Shown here in pieces: positions 26,955 through 35,611 of a stretch of DNA of 64,000 nt. Position numbers and translations under genes: made by a program. Every line of letters begins with the position of its first letter. Positions within the stretch are counted from its first letter, which is position 1. The notes beneath the pieces were generated by a model. That model had not been told where the DNA came from and did not search any database. It worked only from the letters and a program-made list of their open reading frames with translations. Source of the stretch: an uncultured Actinomycetes bacterium (GTDB lineage Bacteria; Actinomycetota; Thermoleophilia; Gaiellales; Gaiellaceae); NCBI GenBank assembly GCA_963789585.1, contig CAWBLB010000005.1:27973-91972 (forward strand), given 5' to 3'.

Positions 26955-27042
26955 GGGTCGATGCTATCCGCCGCGTCCAGAATGCCGGCTTGCGCCGGTT
27001 GCGGGCAGCTGCGCGGAGGCGACCGAGCGCGTGCGGGCGCGG

Positions 27043-28167
27043 CTAACGCTCGCCTGCGAGCCCGAGCGTGCGGGCAAGGCGGGCGGAGGCCCGCTCGAGC
27101 GGCTCGTCCAGCTTGCGGCGGATGCCCGGCTCCGGGGTGAATCGCCTGATCTGCAGTAGACCACGTTCACGGTCGACCTTCAGGTCTGCCCGGCCGACGA
27201 AGCGCTCACCGACGAGCAACGGCAGGACGTAGTAGCCGTAACGCCGCTCGGGCTCCTTCTTGTAGACCTCGATCAGGTGGTCGAACCCGAACAGCCGGCG
27301 CAGGAACGGACGGTCCCACATCAGGTTGTCGAACGGACAGAGGAGAACGGGCGCAGTGGGCGCCCCGTCGATCACCTTGGCCACCCGGACGACGACCGGC
27401 GGGCCTCCGTCGCTCACGGCGAGCCGCCGCACCAGCCCTTCGGCGACGAGCGCATCGACGTGAGGGCCGATCTCCTTGACCCCTCCCGGGAACCGGCAGT
27501 GCTCGACGATCCCGGCCTCGGTGAGTGCGCCCCGGCCCTCGACGGCACGGAGCGCATACCGCTTGCGGAACTCGTCCCGGCCGGGCACGGGCGCCTCGAG
27601 ATGGGCTCGTGGGATCACCCGCTCGGGCAGGTCGTAGGCGCGCTGGAAGCCCTTCCGGCCGGCGATCGCGACCTCGCCGGCGGCGAAGAGGTGCTCGAGC
27701 GCGCGCTTGGCCGGCTTCCAGCCCCACATGGGCTCGCTTCGCCCCTCGAAGGCGCGTACAGGCAGCGCCCCCTCGTCGCGGATCCGTGCGAGCACCTCAC
27801 GTTCGACCGCCCGCCCCTCCGCCGTGCGCTCCCGACCCCACCAGTGCCGATCCGCGAGCTCGGCCATTCGCCGCTTGAAGAGGCCGTAGTCCTCGATCGG
27901 CAGGAGGCAGGCCTCATGAGCCCAGTACTCGAAGATGCGGCCCTGGCCCAAGAGCTGGGAGACGACTGCCTCGTCGAAGGCGCCGACCCGGGAGGCGAGC
28001 GTCAGCCGGTGCGCCCGGTCGACGGTCGAGATCGAGTCGAGCTGGACCGCACCGAGCCGGTGGATCTCGGCGACGATCTCGGCCGGACGCGCGCGCCGAA
28101 ACCGTGCCGCGTACCCCTGGTGGGCGACGACGAACCGCCGGAGCTGTTCGAGCCGGACCGTCTCCAC
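27043..28167 (-). CDS. winged-helix DUF1006 protein, YcaQ/AlkZ-family DNA glycosylase-like
   Basis: LGAVQLDSISTVDRAHRLTLASR and YWAHEACLLP closely match the YcaQ-family core. Confidence 0.8.
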   Translation of the reverse strand: METVRLEQLRRFVVAHQGYAARFRRARPAEIVAEIHRLGAVQLDSISTVDRAHRLTLASRVGAFDEAVVSQLLGQGRIFEYWAHEACLLPIEDYGLFKRRMAELADRHWWGRERTAEGRAVEREVLARIRDEGALPVRAFEGRSEPMWGWKPAKRALEHLFAAGEVAIAGRKGFQRAYDLPERVIPRAHLEAPVPGRDEFRKRYALRAVEGRGALTEAGIVEHCRFPGGVKEIGPHVDALVAEGLVRRLAVSDGGPPVVVRVAKVIDGAPTAPVLLCPFDNLMWDRPFLRRLFGFDHLIEVYKKEPERRYGYYVLPLLVGERFVGRADLKVDRERGLLQIRRFTPEPGIRRKLDEPLERASARLARTLGLAGER

Positions 28168-28405
28168 CGGCGCGAACGGTAGCCGAGCGCCGTCGAGCCG
28201 GGCCGGCTCCGCCGCCTGCCCCGGCGGGTCGACTGTGGACGCAATTTCACAGAGATGTTGCAGAGCCGTAGCGATTAGGCGCGCTTCTTGCCGTTACGAT
28301 CGATGCAGAGGGTGGTGGTGGCGCCCCACCCAGGGCGGGGGTCGGCTCGGGGGCGGGGCTTGCCCGCGCGGACCCGCGTGGCGGCAGGGCCGCAGGAGCG
28401 TGCGC

Positions 28406-29800
28406 TCAGCGGCTGTGCGCGAGGTACTCGAGCAGGTCGGAGCGCGTGATCACGCCGGCGGGCCGGCCGGCATCGGCGACGAGCACGGCGTTCGTGCCTC
28501 CGGTCAGCGCGGCGACGATCTCGTCGACGGACGCCGACGCCTCGACGATCGGAAGCGGCGGCTGCATCGCGGTAGCGACGTCCTCGTGGAGTGCGTCGGC
28601 GTTCTTGAAGACGCGGTCGAGCAGGTCGCGATCCTGGAGCGAGCCGACGACGTCGACCAGAGTCGCAGGCTCGCCGTCACGCACGACCGGCAACTGCGAG
28701 ATCGAGTAGCGCTGCATCACGTCGATCGCCTCGCCGACCTTCTGGTGGGAGGAGATGGTGACGAGGGCCGGCACGACGTGCGCCTCCTCGTCCTTCGACG
28801 ACAGGAGCCTCGCGACCGTCGGGGCAGGGGCCGTCCGCTCCAGGAATCCGTGCTCGAGCATCCAGTTGTCGTCGACGAACTTCGACAGGTATGAGCGGCC
28901 CGAGTCGGGCAGCATCGCCAGCACCCGCGCCTCCGGGCCGAGCCGGCTCGCCACCTGGATCGCGGCCCACACCGTCGTGCCCGAGGAACCGCCTGCGAGC
29001 AGCCCCTCCTCGCGCGCGAGCCGCCGCGCGATCCTGAACGAGTCGCGGTCGGAGACGCGGATCCACTCGTCGACGACGGCCGGATCCATCGTCTCGGGCC
29101 AGGTGTCCTTGCCGATCCCTTCGACGAAGTACGGGTGCAGATCGCCCTCGCCGACGGCCGTGTAGACCGATCCCTCCGGGTCGGCGCCGACGATCAGGGT
29201 CTTCGAGCCCTGCTCCTTGAAGTAGCGGCCGACACCGCTGATCGTGCCGCCCGTTCCGACCGAGATCACCAGGGCGTCGATCTCGCCGCCCGTCTGCTCC
29301 CAGATCTCGGGGCCGGTGCGGCGGTAATGCGCCTCGGGATTCGCCAGGTTCGAGTACTGGTCGGGCTTGAAGCCGCCGGGGATCTCCTCGGCGAGCCGCG
29401 AGGAGACCGAGTAATACGACTCGGGCGAGTCGTGCTCGACCGCCGTCGGCGTGATCACCACCTCGGCACCGTGCGCACGCAGGATCGAGATCTTCTCCTG
29501 GCTCATCTTGTCCGGCATGACGAAGATGCAGCGGTAGCCCTTGATGGCGGCAGCGATCGCCAGGCCGACGCCCGTGTTGCCCGAGGTGGGCTCGACGATC
29601 GTCCCGCCGGGCCGGAGCCGGCCGTCTCGCTCGGCCGCCTCGATCATCGCAAGCCCGATCCGATCCTTTAGCGAGCCCCCGGGGTTCATGTACTCGAGCT
29701 TGCCGAGGATCGTCCCCGGCACCTCGCGCGAGATGCGATCGAGCCGGACGATCGGCGTCGCACCGATCAGGTCGAGCACGCTCGGATACTCGCGCGGCAT
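28406..29800 (-). CDS. cbs: cystathionine beta-synthase (PALP domain plus CBS pair)
   Basis: Start at MPREYPSVLDLIGATPIVRL. PLP-lysine context NPGGSLKDR, EPTSGNTGVGLA, and a C-terminal tandem CBS region. The longer ORF start at 29908 would lie inside the MITE and was rejected. Confidence 0.9.
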   Translation of the reverse strand: MPREYPSVLDLIGATPIVRLDRISREVPGTILGKLEYMNPGGSLKDRIGLAMIEAAERDGRLRPGGTIVEPTSGNTGVGLAIAAAIKGYRCIFVMPDKMSQEKISILRAHGAEVVITPTAVEHDSPESYYSVSSRLAEEIPGGFKPDQYSNLANPEAHYRRTGPEIWEQTGGEIDALVISVGTGGTISGVGRYFKEQGSKTLIVGADPEGSVYTAVGEGDLHPYFVEGIGKDTWPETMDPAVVDEWIRVSDRDSFRIARRLAREEGLLAGGSSGTTVWAAIQVASRLGPEARVLAMLPDSGRSYLSKFVDDNWMLEHGFLERTAPAPTVARLLSSKDEEAHVVPALVTISSHQKVGEAIDVMQRYSISQLPVVRDGEPATLVDVVGSLQDRDLLDRVFKNADALHEDVATAMQPPLPIVEASASVDEIVAALTGGTNAVLVADAGRPAGVITRSDLLEYLAHSR

Positions 29801-29861
29801 CGCGCAGAAGGCTATCGTGACGCGCGACGCGCGTTCGGGCCGGACGGGGTGCGGCGCGACC

Positions 29862-30029
29862 GAGTGGTCTGACCGGCAACGTTCGCCGGGTCTCCGGCCC
29901 GCGATCACACTGCGCCATAGCCCGCCCTCGTCCTTGTCAAGGCAACCAGCCTTGCCTTCGGACGATGACGGACTCTGACTTGGTGCTCGCGACCCAGAAA
30001 CCGAACAACGTTGCCGGTCAAACCACTAG
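29862..30029. mobile_element. MITE-like element, copy 2
   Basis: GAGTGGTCTGACCGGCAACGTT ... AACGTTGCCGGTCAAACCACTAG. Lies between the cbs start and the MFS transporter stop; the terminal CTAG contains the MFS stop codon. Confidence 0.85.
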
Positions 30030-31456
30030 GCGGTGACGGGGGCCGCCTCCGCCGCCGGCGCGAGCTCGTCGCGCCGGATCAGCGTCACCGTCGCGAGCAG
30101 GCACGCCACCGCGACGCCGACCATCATCCAGAACGCCCACTGTGAGCCGCTCGTGAATGCCTGGGGGAACTTGACCCCGGCGTTCAACTCGTGGTTGAAG
30201 TGGCTCAGCGAGACCGACGAGGCGACCGCGACGCCGACCGCGCCGCCGACCTGCTGGGCGGTGTTGATCAGTCCCGAAGCGAGCCCGGCCTCGCGTTCCC
30301 CGACCCCGGCGAGTGCCGCGATCGAGACGGGAATCCACGTGAACGGGAGCGAGACGCCGATCAGCAGGTACCCCGGGAGGAGGTCGCTCGCGAACGACGC
30401 GCCGGCCGGCACCTGCGTGTACCAGACCATGCCCGCGATCATCGCGACGAATCCGGCTGCCATCACCGGCTTGGCTCCGAACTTCGTCGTCAGCCACTGC
30501 GCGAGCCCGGCCCAGAGCACCGCGCTGCCGGCCGTGACGGCGAACGTCACGCCGGTCTTCAGCGCCGAGTAATGCAGTACCTGCTGGACGTAGAGCGTCA
30601 GGACGAAGAAGTTCGCGAACGTCGCCGCTCCGAGCAGCACACCCGTGACGTTCGCCCCGGCGACCGTGCGGATGCGGAAGATCGAGAACGGCATCAGCGG
30701 GTGCCGGGCCCTTGTCTCGATCACCAGGAACGCCGCCAGGAGGATCGCGGAGGCTGCGAGGCGCGACAGGGTCCAGCCCGTGCCCCAGCCGTGGTCGGGC
30801 GCTTTCGAGATGGCGTAGACGAGCAGCGCGATCCCGCCCGTCACGGTCACCGCCCCGGCGACGTCGGGCGAGCTGTGCTGCTCCGCGCGGCTCTCGCGAA
30901 CGAGCCTGGGCGCGAGGGCGAAGGCGAGGGCGCCCACCGGGACGTTGATGAAGAAGATCCACTCCCAGCCGGCGTACTTGGTCAGGACCCCGCCCGCGAG
31001 CACGCCGACTGCAGCGCCCGAGCCGCCCATGGCGCCCCAGATCCCGAGTGCCTTGTTGCGCTCAGCGCCCTCCTCGAACGTCGTCATGACGATCGACAGT
31101 GCTGCAGGCGAGATGATTGCGGCGCCGAGGCCCTGAACGGCGCGCGAGGCGATCAGTACCGCCTCGGAGGACGCAAGACCGCAGGCGAATGACGCAGCCG
31201 TGAACAGGACGACCCCGACCAGGAACACACGGCGCCGCCCGAACAGATCGGCGGCGCGGCCTCCGAGCAGCAGGAAACCGCCGAACGTGATCGCGTAGGC
31301 GGTGATCACCCACTGGAGGTTGTCGCGTGAGAAGTCGAGCGACTTGCCGATCGACGGTAGAGCCACGTTGACGATCGACACATCGAGGATCGTCATGAAG
31401 AACGCGGCGCACACCACTGCGAGCGCCTTCCACCGAAGCGGGTCCAGCTCTGCCAT
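30026..31456 (-). CDS. MFS transporter, DHA2 (EmrB/QacA-like, 14 TM)
   Basis: FFMTILDVSIVNVALPSI, GRAADLFGRRRVF (motif A); 476 aa and highly hydrophobic. Confidence 0.9.
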   Translation of the reverse strand: MAELDPLRWKALAVVCAAFFMTILDVSIVNVALPSIGKSLDFSRDNLQWVITAYAITFGGFLLLGGRAADLFGRRRVFLVGVVLFTAASFACGLASSEAVLIASRAVQGLGAAIISPAALSIVMTTFEEGAERNKALGIWGAMGGSGAAVGVLAGGVLTKYAGWEWIFFINVPVGALAFALAPRLVRESRAEQHSSPDVAGAVTVTGGIALLVYAISKAPDHGWGTGWTLSRLAASAILLAAFLVIETRARHPLMPFSIFRIRTVAGANVTGVLLGAATFANFFVLTLYVQQVLHYSALKTGVTFAVTAGSAVLWAGLAQWLTTKFGAKPVMAAGFVAMIAGMVWYTQVPAGASFASDLLPGYLLIGVSLPFTWIPVSIAALAGVGEREAGLASGLINTAQQVGGAVGVAVASSVSLSHFNHELNAGVKFPQAFTSGSQWAFWMMVGVAVACLLATVTLIRRDELAPAAEAAPVTA

Positions 31457-31808
31457 CGTGATCTCCCTCCCAGTCGCTTGCCTGCCAAAAACGTCGGAGC
31501 GCGAAACACTATTCCCGGCTTCGTCCCATGCCGAGACTGGTCCCTTCGGGGTCTGAAGTTACCGAAATCGCTCACGGAGTTAGCGGCGCGAAGCGTCCGC
31601 TAACGACAGCGCCTTCGAAGCCATAGAAGCTCCACGCTCACCATGCCGCAACCAACGGCGCCCGTATCGAGCTCGCCGTAAGGCGAGCGAGAGCCTCTTG
31701 GTTGCAGCGCCGGCTTAGCCGGCGCTGCAACTGGAGCGAACCCTGGCATGCCGCTGACGCTCCGCACCAAGCTCGCCATAGCCCCGGCGCACGAGGAAGA
31801 AGGGGGCA

Positions 31809-31835
31809 CGCGGGGGAAACATGGTTTCCCCCGCG
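31809..31835 (-). terminator. stem-loop immediately after the purH stop
   Basis: CGCGGGGGAAAC-ATG-GTTTCCCCCGCG, 6 nt downstream of the purH TAA. Followed on the transcript by a C/U-rich tract, not a clean U-run. Confidence 0.45.
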
Positions 31836-31841
31836 CCGCCT

Positions 31842-33371
31842 TTAGTGGCGGAAATGGCGGCGTCCGGTGACGACCATCGCAGCGCCGGCAGCCTCGACCG
31901 CGGCGATTACCTCGCCGTCGCGCTTCGAACCGCCCGGCTGGATCAGTGCGGCGATCCCCGCGTCGAGTGCGAGCTGCGGACCGTCGGCGAAGGGGAAGAA
32001 CGCGTCGCTTGCAAGCACCGAGCCGGCAGGATCGTGCCCGAGCTGCTGCGCCTTCTCGATCGCGATCCGGACCGCATCCACACGACTCATCTGACCGGCG
32101 CCGATCCCGATCGTCTGCAGGCCGTTCGCGACCACGATCGCATTCGAGCTCACGTGCTTGCAGACACGCCAGGCGAAGAGGAGGTCGTCCCAGCGGTCGT
32201 CGCCGACGGCCCCTGCGACGACCTGCATCCCCTTGCGGTCGTCGATCTCGGCGTCGCGCTGCTGGACGAGCAGGCCTCCGAGCACACGTTTGTAATCTCG
32301 CTCGCGCGGCGTGTCCGCGCGACGCTCGCGGTCGCGGAGGATCCGCAGCGCCGGTTTCGCCTGCAGCACCTCGAGCGCCTCGTCGTCGAGCTCGGGGGCG
32401 AGCAGCACCTCGACGAAGTGCTCCGCGATCCGTCGAGCCAGCTCGCCGTCCACGGGCCGGTTGAGCACCAGGACGCAGCCGAACGCCGAGACCGGGTCGG
32501 CGGCGATTGCGCGGCCGTAGGCGTCGTCGATCGTCCCGGCGACGGCGACCCCGCATGGGTTCGCGTGCTTCACGACGACCGCGACGGGCTCCGAGAACTC
32601 ACGCGCGATCCGGCGCGCTCCCTCGAGATCGACCAGGTTGTTGTAGGAGAGCTCGCGCCCGGCGAGCTGGTTGACGCGGGAGAGGAGATGGCGGCGTGAT
32701 CCGACCTCTTCGTAGTAGGCGGCGGTCTGGTGGGGGTTCTCGCCGTAGGCGAGGTCGGTGATCTTGCGGAAGGTCAGCGTCAGCTGGTCGGGGAAGAACT
32801 GCGCCTCGGCGAACCAGCGCGCGATCGCGGCATCGTAGGCCGCAGTCACGGCGAAGGCCTCGGCGGCCAGCGCGCGGCGCGTCTCGGGCGACAGTTTCCC
32901 GTCGCCGAGCTCGGCGAGGACGGGGTCGTACTGCTCCGGGCGGCAGACGACCGCGACGTGTGCGAAGTTCTTGGCCGCTCCCCGCAGGAGCGACGGCCCG
33001 CCGATGTCGATCATCTCGATTACGTCGGCCTCGTCCATCCCCAGCCGGCTCGCGACCGACGTGAACGGGTAGAGGTTGACGCACACGAGGTCGAACGGCT
33101 CGATTCCCTGGTCTGCGAGTGTCGCGCGGTCCTCGTCGACCTCGAGCCGTGCGAGGATGGCCGCGTGGATACGCGGATGGAGCGTCTTCACCCGGCCGCC
33201 GAGCATCTCGGGAGCGCCCGTGACGTCCTCGACTCTCGTCACCTCGAGTTCCTGCTCTTCGAGGAAGTCGGCGGTGCCGCCCGACGAGACGAGCTCGTAG
33301 CCGAGGTCGGCGAGGCCCCGCGCGAAGGTGTCGATCCCGTGCTTGTCGTACACGGAGATGAGCGCTCTCAT
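31842..33371 (-). CDS. purH: bifunctional AICAR formyltransferase / IMP cyclohydrolase
   Basis: MRALISVYDKHGIDTFARGL...GGTADFL...GGRVKTLHPRIHAAILA; C-terminus ...GGSKRDGEVIAAVEAAGAAMVVTGRRHFRH. Confidence 0.95.
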   Translation of the reverse strand: MRALISVYDKHGIDTFARGLADLGYELVSSGGTADFLEEQELEVTRVEDVTGAPEMLGGRVKTLHPRIHAAILARLEVDEDRATLADQGIEPFDLVCVNLYPFTSVASRLGMDEADVIEMIDIGGPSLLRGAAKNFAHVAVVCRPEQYDPVLAELGDGKLSPETRRALAAEAFAVTAAYDAAIARWFAEAQFFPDQLTLTFRKITDLAYGENPHQTAAYYEEVGSRRHLLSRVNQLAGRELSYNNLVDLEGARRIAREFSEPVAVVVKHANPCGVAVAGTIDDAYGRAIAADPVSAFGCVLVLNRPVDGELARRIAEHFVEVLLAPELDDEALEVLQAKPALRILRDRERRADTPRERDYKRVLGGLLVQQRDAEIDDRKGMQVVAGAVGDDRWDDLLFAWRVCKHVSSNAIVVANGLQTIGIGAGQMSRVDAVRIAIEKAQQLGHDPAGSVLASDAFFPFADGPQLALDAGIAALIQPGGSKRDGEVIAAVEAAGAAMVVTGRRHFRH

Positions 33372-33940
33372 CGCCTGCTCGGCCTCCCCGGGAGCACACC
33401 GCTGCCCGCGGTCGCGAGCAGCTCCGAGACGACCTCGGGCAGAAGGCGGTGCTCGACGGCATGGGTCCGGTCGAGGAGCGTCTCCCGCGGGTCGACCGCA
33501 AGCGTCTCCTGACGCAGCACGGGGCCCGTGTCGAGCCCTTCGTCGACGAGGTGGATCGTCACCCCGGTCGTCTCGATTCCCGAGGCGAGGACGTCGTCGA
33601 TGGGGTGGGCGCCCGGAAAGTCGGGCAGGAGAGAAGGGTGGACGTTGACGACGCGACGGGGGAAGCGGTCGAGGAACGGCTTCGTCAGCAGGTGCATGTA
33701 GCCGGCCAGCACGACGAGCTCGACGCCGTGCTCTTCGAGCCAAGTCGCCATCACGAGGTCACGCTCCCCACGATCTGGGTGGCAGGCGAGAGAGAAGGTC
33801 GCTGTCGGGATGCCGGCCGCTCGTGCACGGATGAGAGCGTAAGCATCGTTCCGGTTGGAGGCGACGGCAGCGACCGGCAGACCGCCGTCGATCAGGGCCT
33901 GCAGGTTCGTCCCGTCGCCCGAGACGAGGACGCCGATCAC
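33368..33940 (-). CDS. purN: phosphoribosylglycinamide formyltransferase
   Basis: GTG start gives VIGVLVSGDGTNLQALID; NVHPSLLP catalytic motif. ATGA/GTGA overlaps with purH and purM. Confidence 0.9.
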   Translation of the reverse strand: MIGVLVSGDGTNLQALIDGGLPVAAVASNRNDAYALIRARAAGIPTATFSLACHPDRGERDLVMATWLEEHGVELVVLAGYMHLLTKPFLDRFPRRVVNVHPSLLPDFPGAHPIDDVLASGIETTGVTIHLVDEGLDTGPVLRQETLAVDPRETLLDRTHAVEHRLLPEVVSELLATAGSGVLPGRPSRR

Positions 33941-34833
33941 CGGATCCGCCCGATCACCGTCTCGCCCGGAGCCGCCTCGGCGACGACCGCGCACCAGCCG
34001 ATCCCGAGGTTGAACACGTGCCGCAGCTCCTCTTCGGGAACGTGGCGGCCCAGCCACGCGAACACAGGCGGCCGTGCCCACGCATCCCAGTCGATCTCGG
34101 CGAGCAGCCCGGCCGGGAGCACCCGAGCGAGGTTCCCGAGGATCCCTCCGCCGGTGACATGCGCGAACGCGCGTGCTCGGCCGAGCAGCCCGCGCGCGTC
34201 GTCGAGGTAGAGCCTGGTCGGTGCGAGCAGATCCGGCCCGTCGTAGTCCTCGAGCTCGAGGACCCGGCGCACGAGCGTGAACCCGTTGGCGTGGACGCCC
34301 GCCGAAGCGAATCCGATCACGGCGTCTCCGGCCTCGACCGTGCTTCCGTCCACGAGCTCGTCGCGGTCGACGACGCCCACGCACGTGCCGGCGAAGTCGA
34401 GCTCGCCGTCGCGGTAGATCCCGGGCAGCTCGGCCGTCTCGCCCCCGACGAGCGCGACCCCGGCCGCCCGGCAGACCCCGGCCGCGCCCTCGACGAGCTC
34501 CGCGACCTCCTCGAGGTCGATCCTGCCGGCCGCGACATAGTCGAGCAGCATCAGCGGCGTCGCGCCGGTCGTGAGCACGTCGTTGATGCAATGCGCGGCG
34601 AGATCAGCCCCGCAGTCGCGCAGCCGTCCGCGGCCGCGCGCGAGCATCAGCTTCGTGCCGACCCCGTCGGTCGAGGCGGCGAGCAGGCGGCGGTCGTCGA
34701 TCGGATGGAGGCCGGCGAAAGCCCCGAAACCGCTCGCGCCTGTCGACTCGACCGCGGCGCGCAACCGCTCGACGACCGCGTCGGCAACCGTCAGCGAGAC
34801 GCCTGCCGACGCGTAGGTGTGGTCGGCGTCCAT
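33937..34833 (-). CDS. purM: phosphoribosylformylglycinamidine cyclo-ligase (AIR synthetase)
   Basis: YASAGVS...DGVGTKL...DCGADLAAHCINDVLTTGA...GGETAELPG. Confidence 0.95.
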   Translation of the reverse strand: MDADHTYASAGVSLTVADAVVERLRAAVESTGASGFGAFAGLHPIDDRRLLAASTDGVGTKLMLARGRGRLRDCGADLAAHCINDVLTTGATPLMLLDYVAAGRIDLEEVAELVEGAAGVCRAAGVALVGGETAELPGIYRDGELDFAGTCVGVVDRDELVDGSTVEAGDAVIGFASAGVHANGFTLVRRVLELEDYDGPDLLAPTRLYLDDARGLLGRARAFAHVTGGGILGNLARVLPAGLLAEIDWDAWARPPVFAWLGRHVPEEELRHVFNLGIGWCAVVAEAAPGETVIGRIR

Positions 34834-34948
34834 TGACCCTGAGTCTACGGTCCGACCCGGAGTGCCCGGACCGTCCGCGCAGGACGTCGGCAAGCCTGCG
34901 TCGGGCCGGGTTCTCCGCGCCCCGGCCTGCTCTCGAGGCGCACGACGC

Positions 34949-35560
34949 TCAGGTGAACCGCTCGGCGTAGAGCTCGGGCCGTCCCGGAGGACCGCCCGGG
35001 AGGAAGCGCACGATCGTCCCGCCGACCTCGACCGCCTCGGTATGGGAGTCGAGATCGAGGATCGCAGCGAGCGCTCCGGCCTGTCGCTCGGGTCCGTCCG
35101 AGCGGAGTTGCAGCTCAGCGAGCGAGAGCTCATCGGCGGCTGCGGCCAGGTTCTCGATCCAGTCGCGTGGAGGGTGGGCCTCGATCCGGTACCCCGCCTC
35201 CGTCGAGATGAGCGCTCGTCTCGACCCGTGCTGCTGGACGGGCAGCTGCCAGCTCGTCGCTCGGGCCAGCAGAGCCTGGAATTCGTCCTCGTCGAGCATC
35301 ACGCCGACGTGGTCGAGCCTTGGCACCCGCCAGCGGCCGGGTTGAAGCACGACGTTGACCGCGCCCCGCTCGAGCTCGGTGAGGGTCAGCACGAACCCTG
35401 TGCGATCGAGCTCGTCCCAGGTGACTCCGGGCTCGACCGCCGTCCTGGTCTCGCCTGCCCGGCCGTGGCGCCCGACGAGCCGGAAGCCGAGCTTGCCGAG
35501 ATAGCGCGCCTCGACGCCGCGGACGTCACTCGTCACGAGGTGGTAGTGGAAGAGACGCAA
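34949..35560 (-). CDS. VOC (glyoxalase/dioxygenase-fold) family protein
   Basis: LFHYHLVTSDVRGVEARYLGKLGF and LDHVGVMLDEDEF resemble paired beta-alpha-beta-beta-beta modules. Only a TTG start at 35560 is available in frame. Confidence 0.55.
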   Translation of the reverse strand: MRLFHYHLVTSDVRGVEARYLGKLGFRLVGRHGRAGETRTAVEPGVTWDELDRTGFVLTLTELERGAVNVVLQPGRWRVPRLDHVGVMLDEDEFQALLARATSWQLPVQQHGSRRALISTEAGYRIEAHPPRDWIENLAAAADELSLAELQLRSDGPERQAGALAAILDLDSHTEAVEVGGTIVRFLPGGPPGRPELYAERFT

Positions 35561-35611
35561 CGAGGGCCCATTGTCTCCGCACGCCGACGCGCCTGCAGGA
35601 ACACTTCCTGG

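Noticed and set aside
29801-29908. N-terminal extensions offered by the ORF track for cbs (to 29908), purH (to 33743), purM (to 35133), purL (to 39922), purA (to 51812), purC (to 47422), the LOG protein (to 58666) and the DUF11 protein (to 43831).
   Set aside because: The extensions are Arg/Pro-rich, overlap neighbouring genes or the MITE, and precede well-conserved family N-termini that have their own start codons, often with ATGA/GTGA coupling or an RBS.
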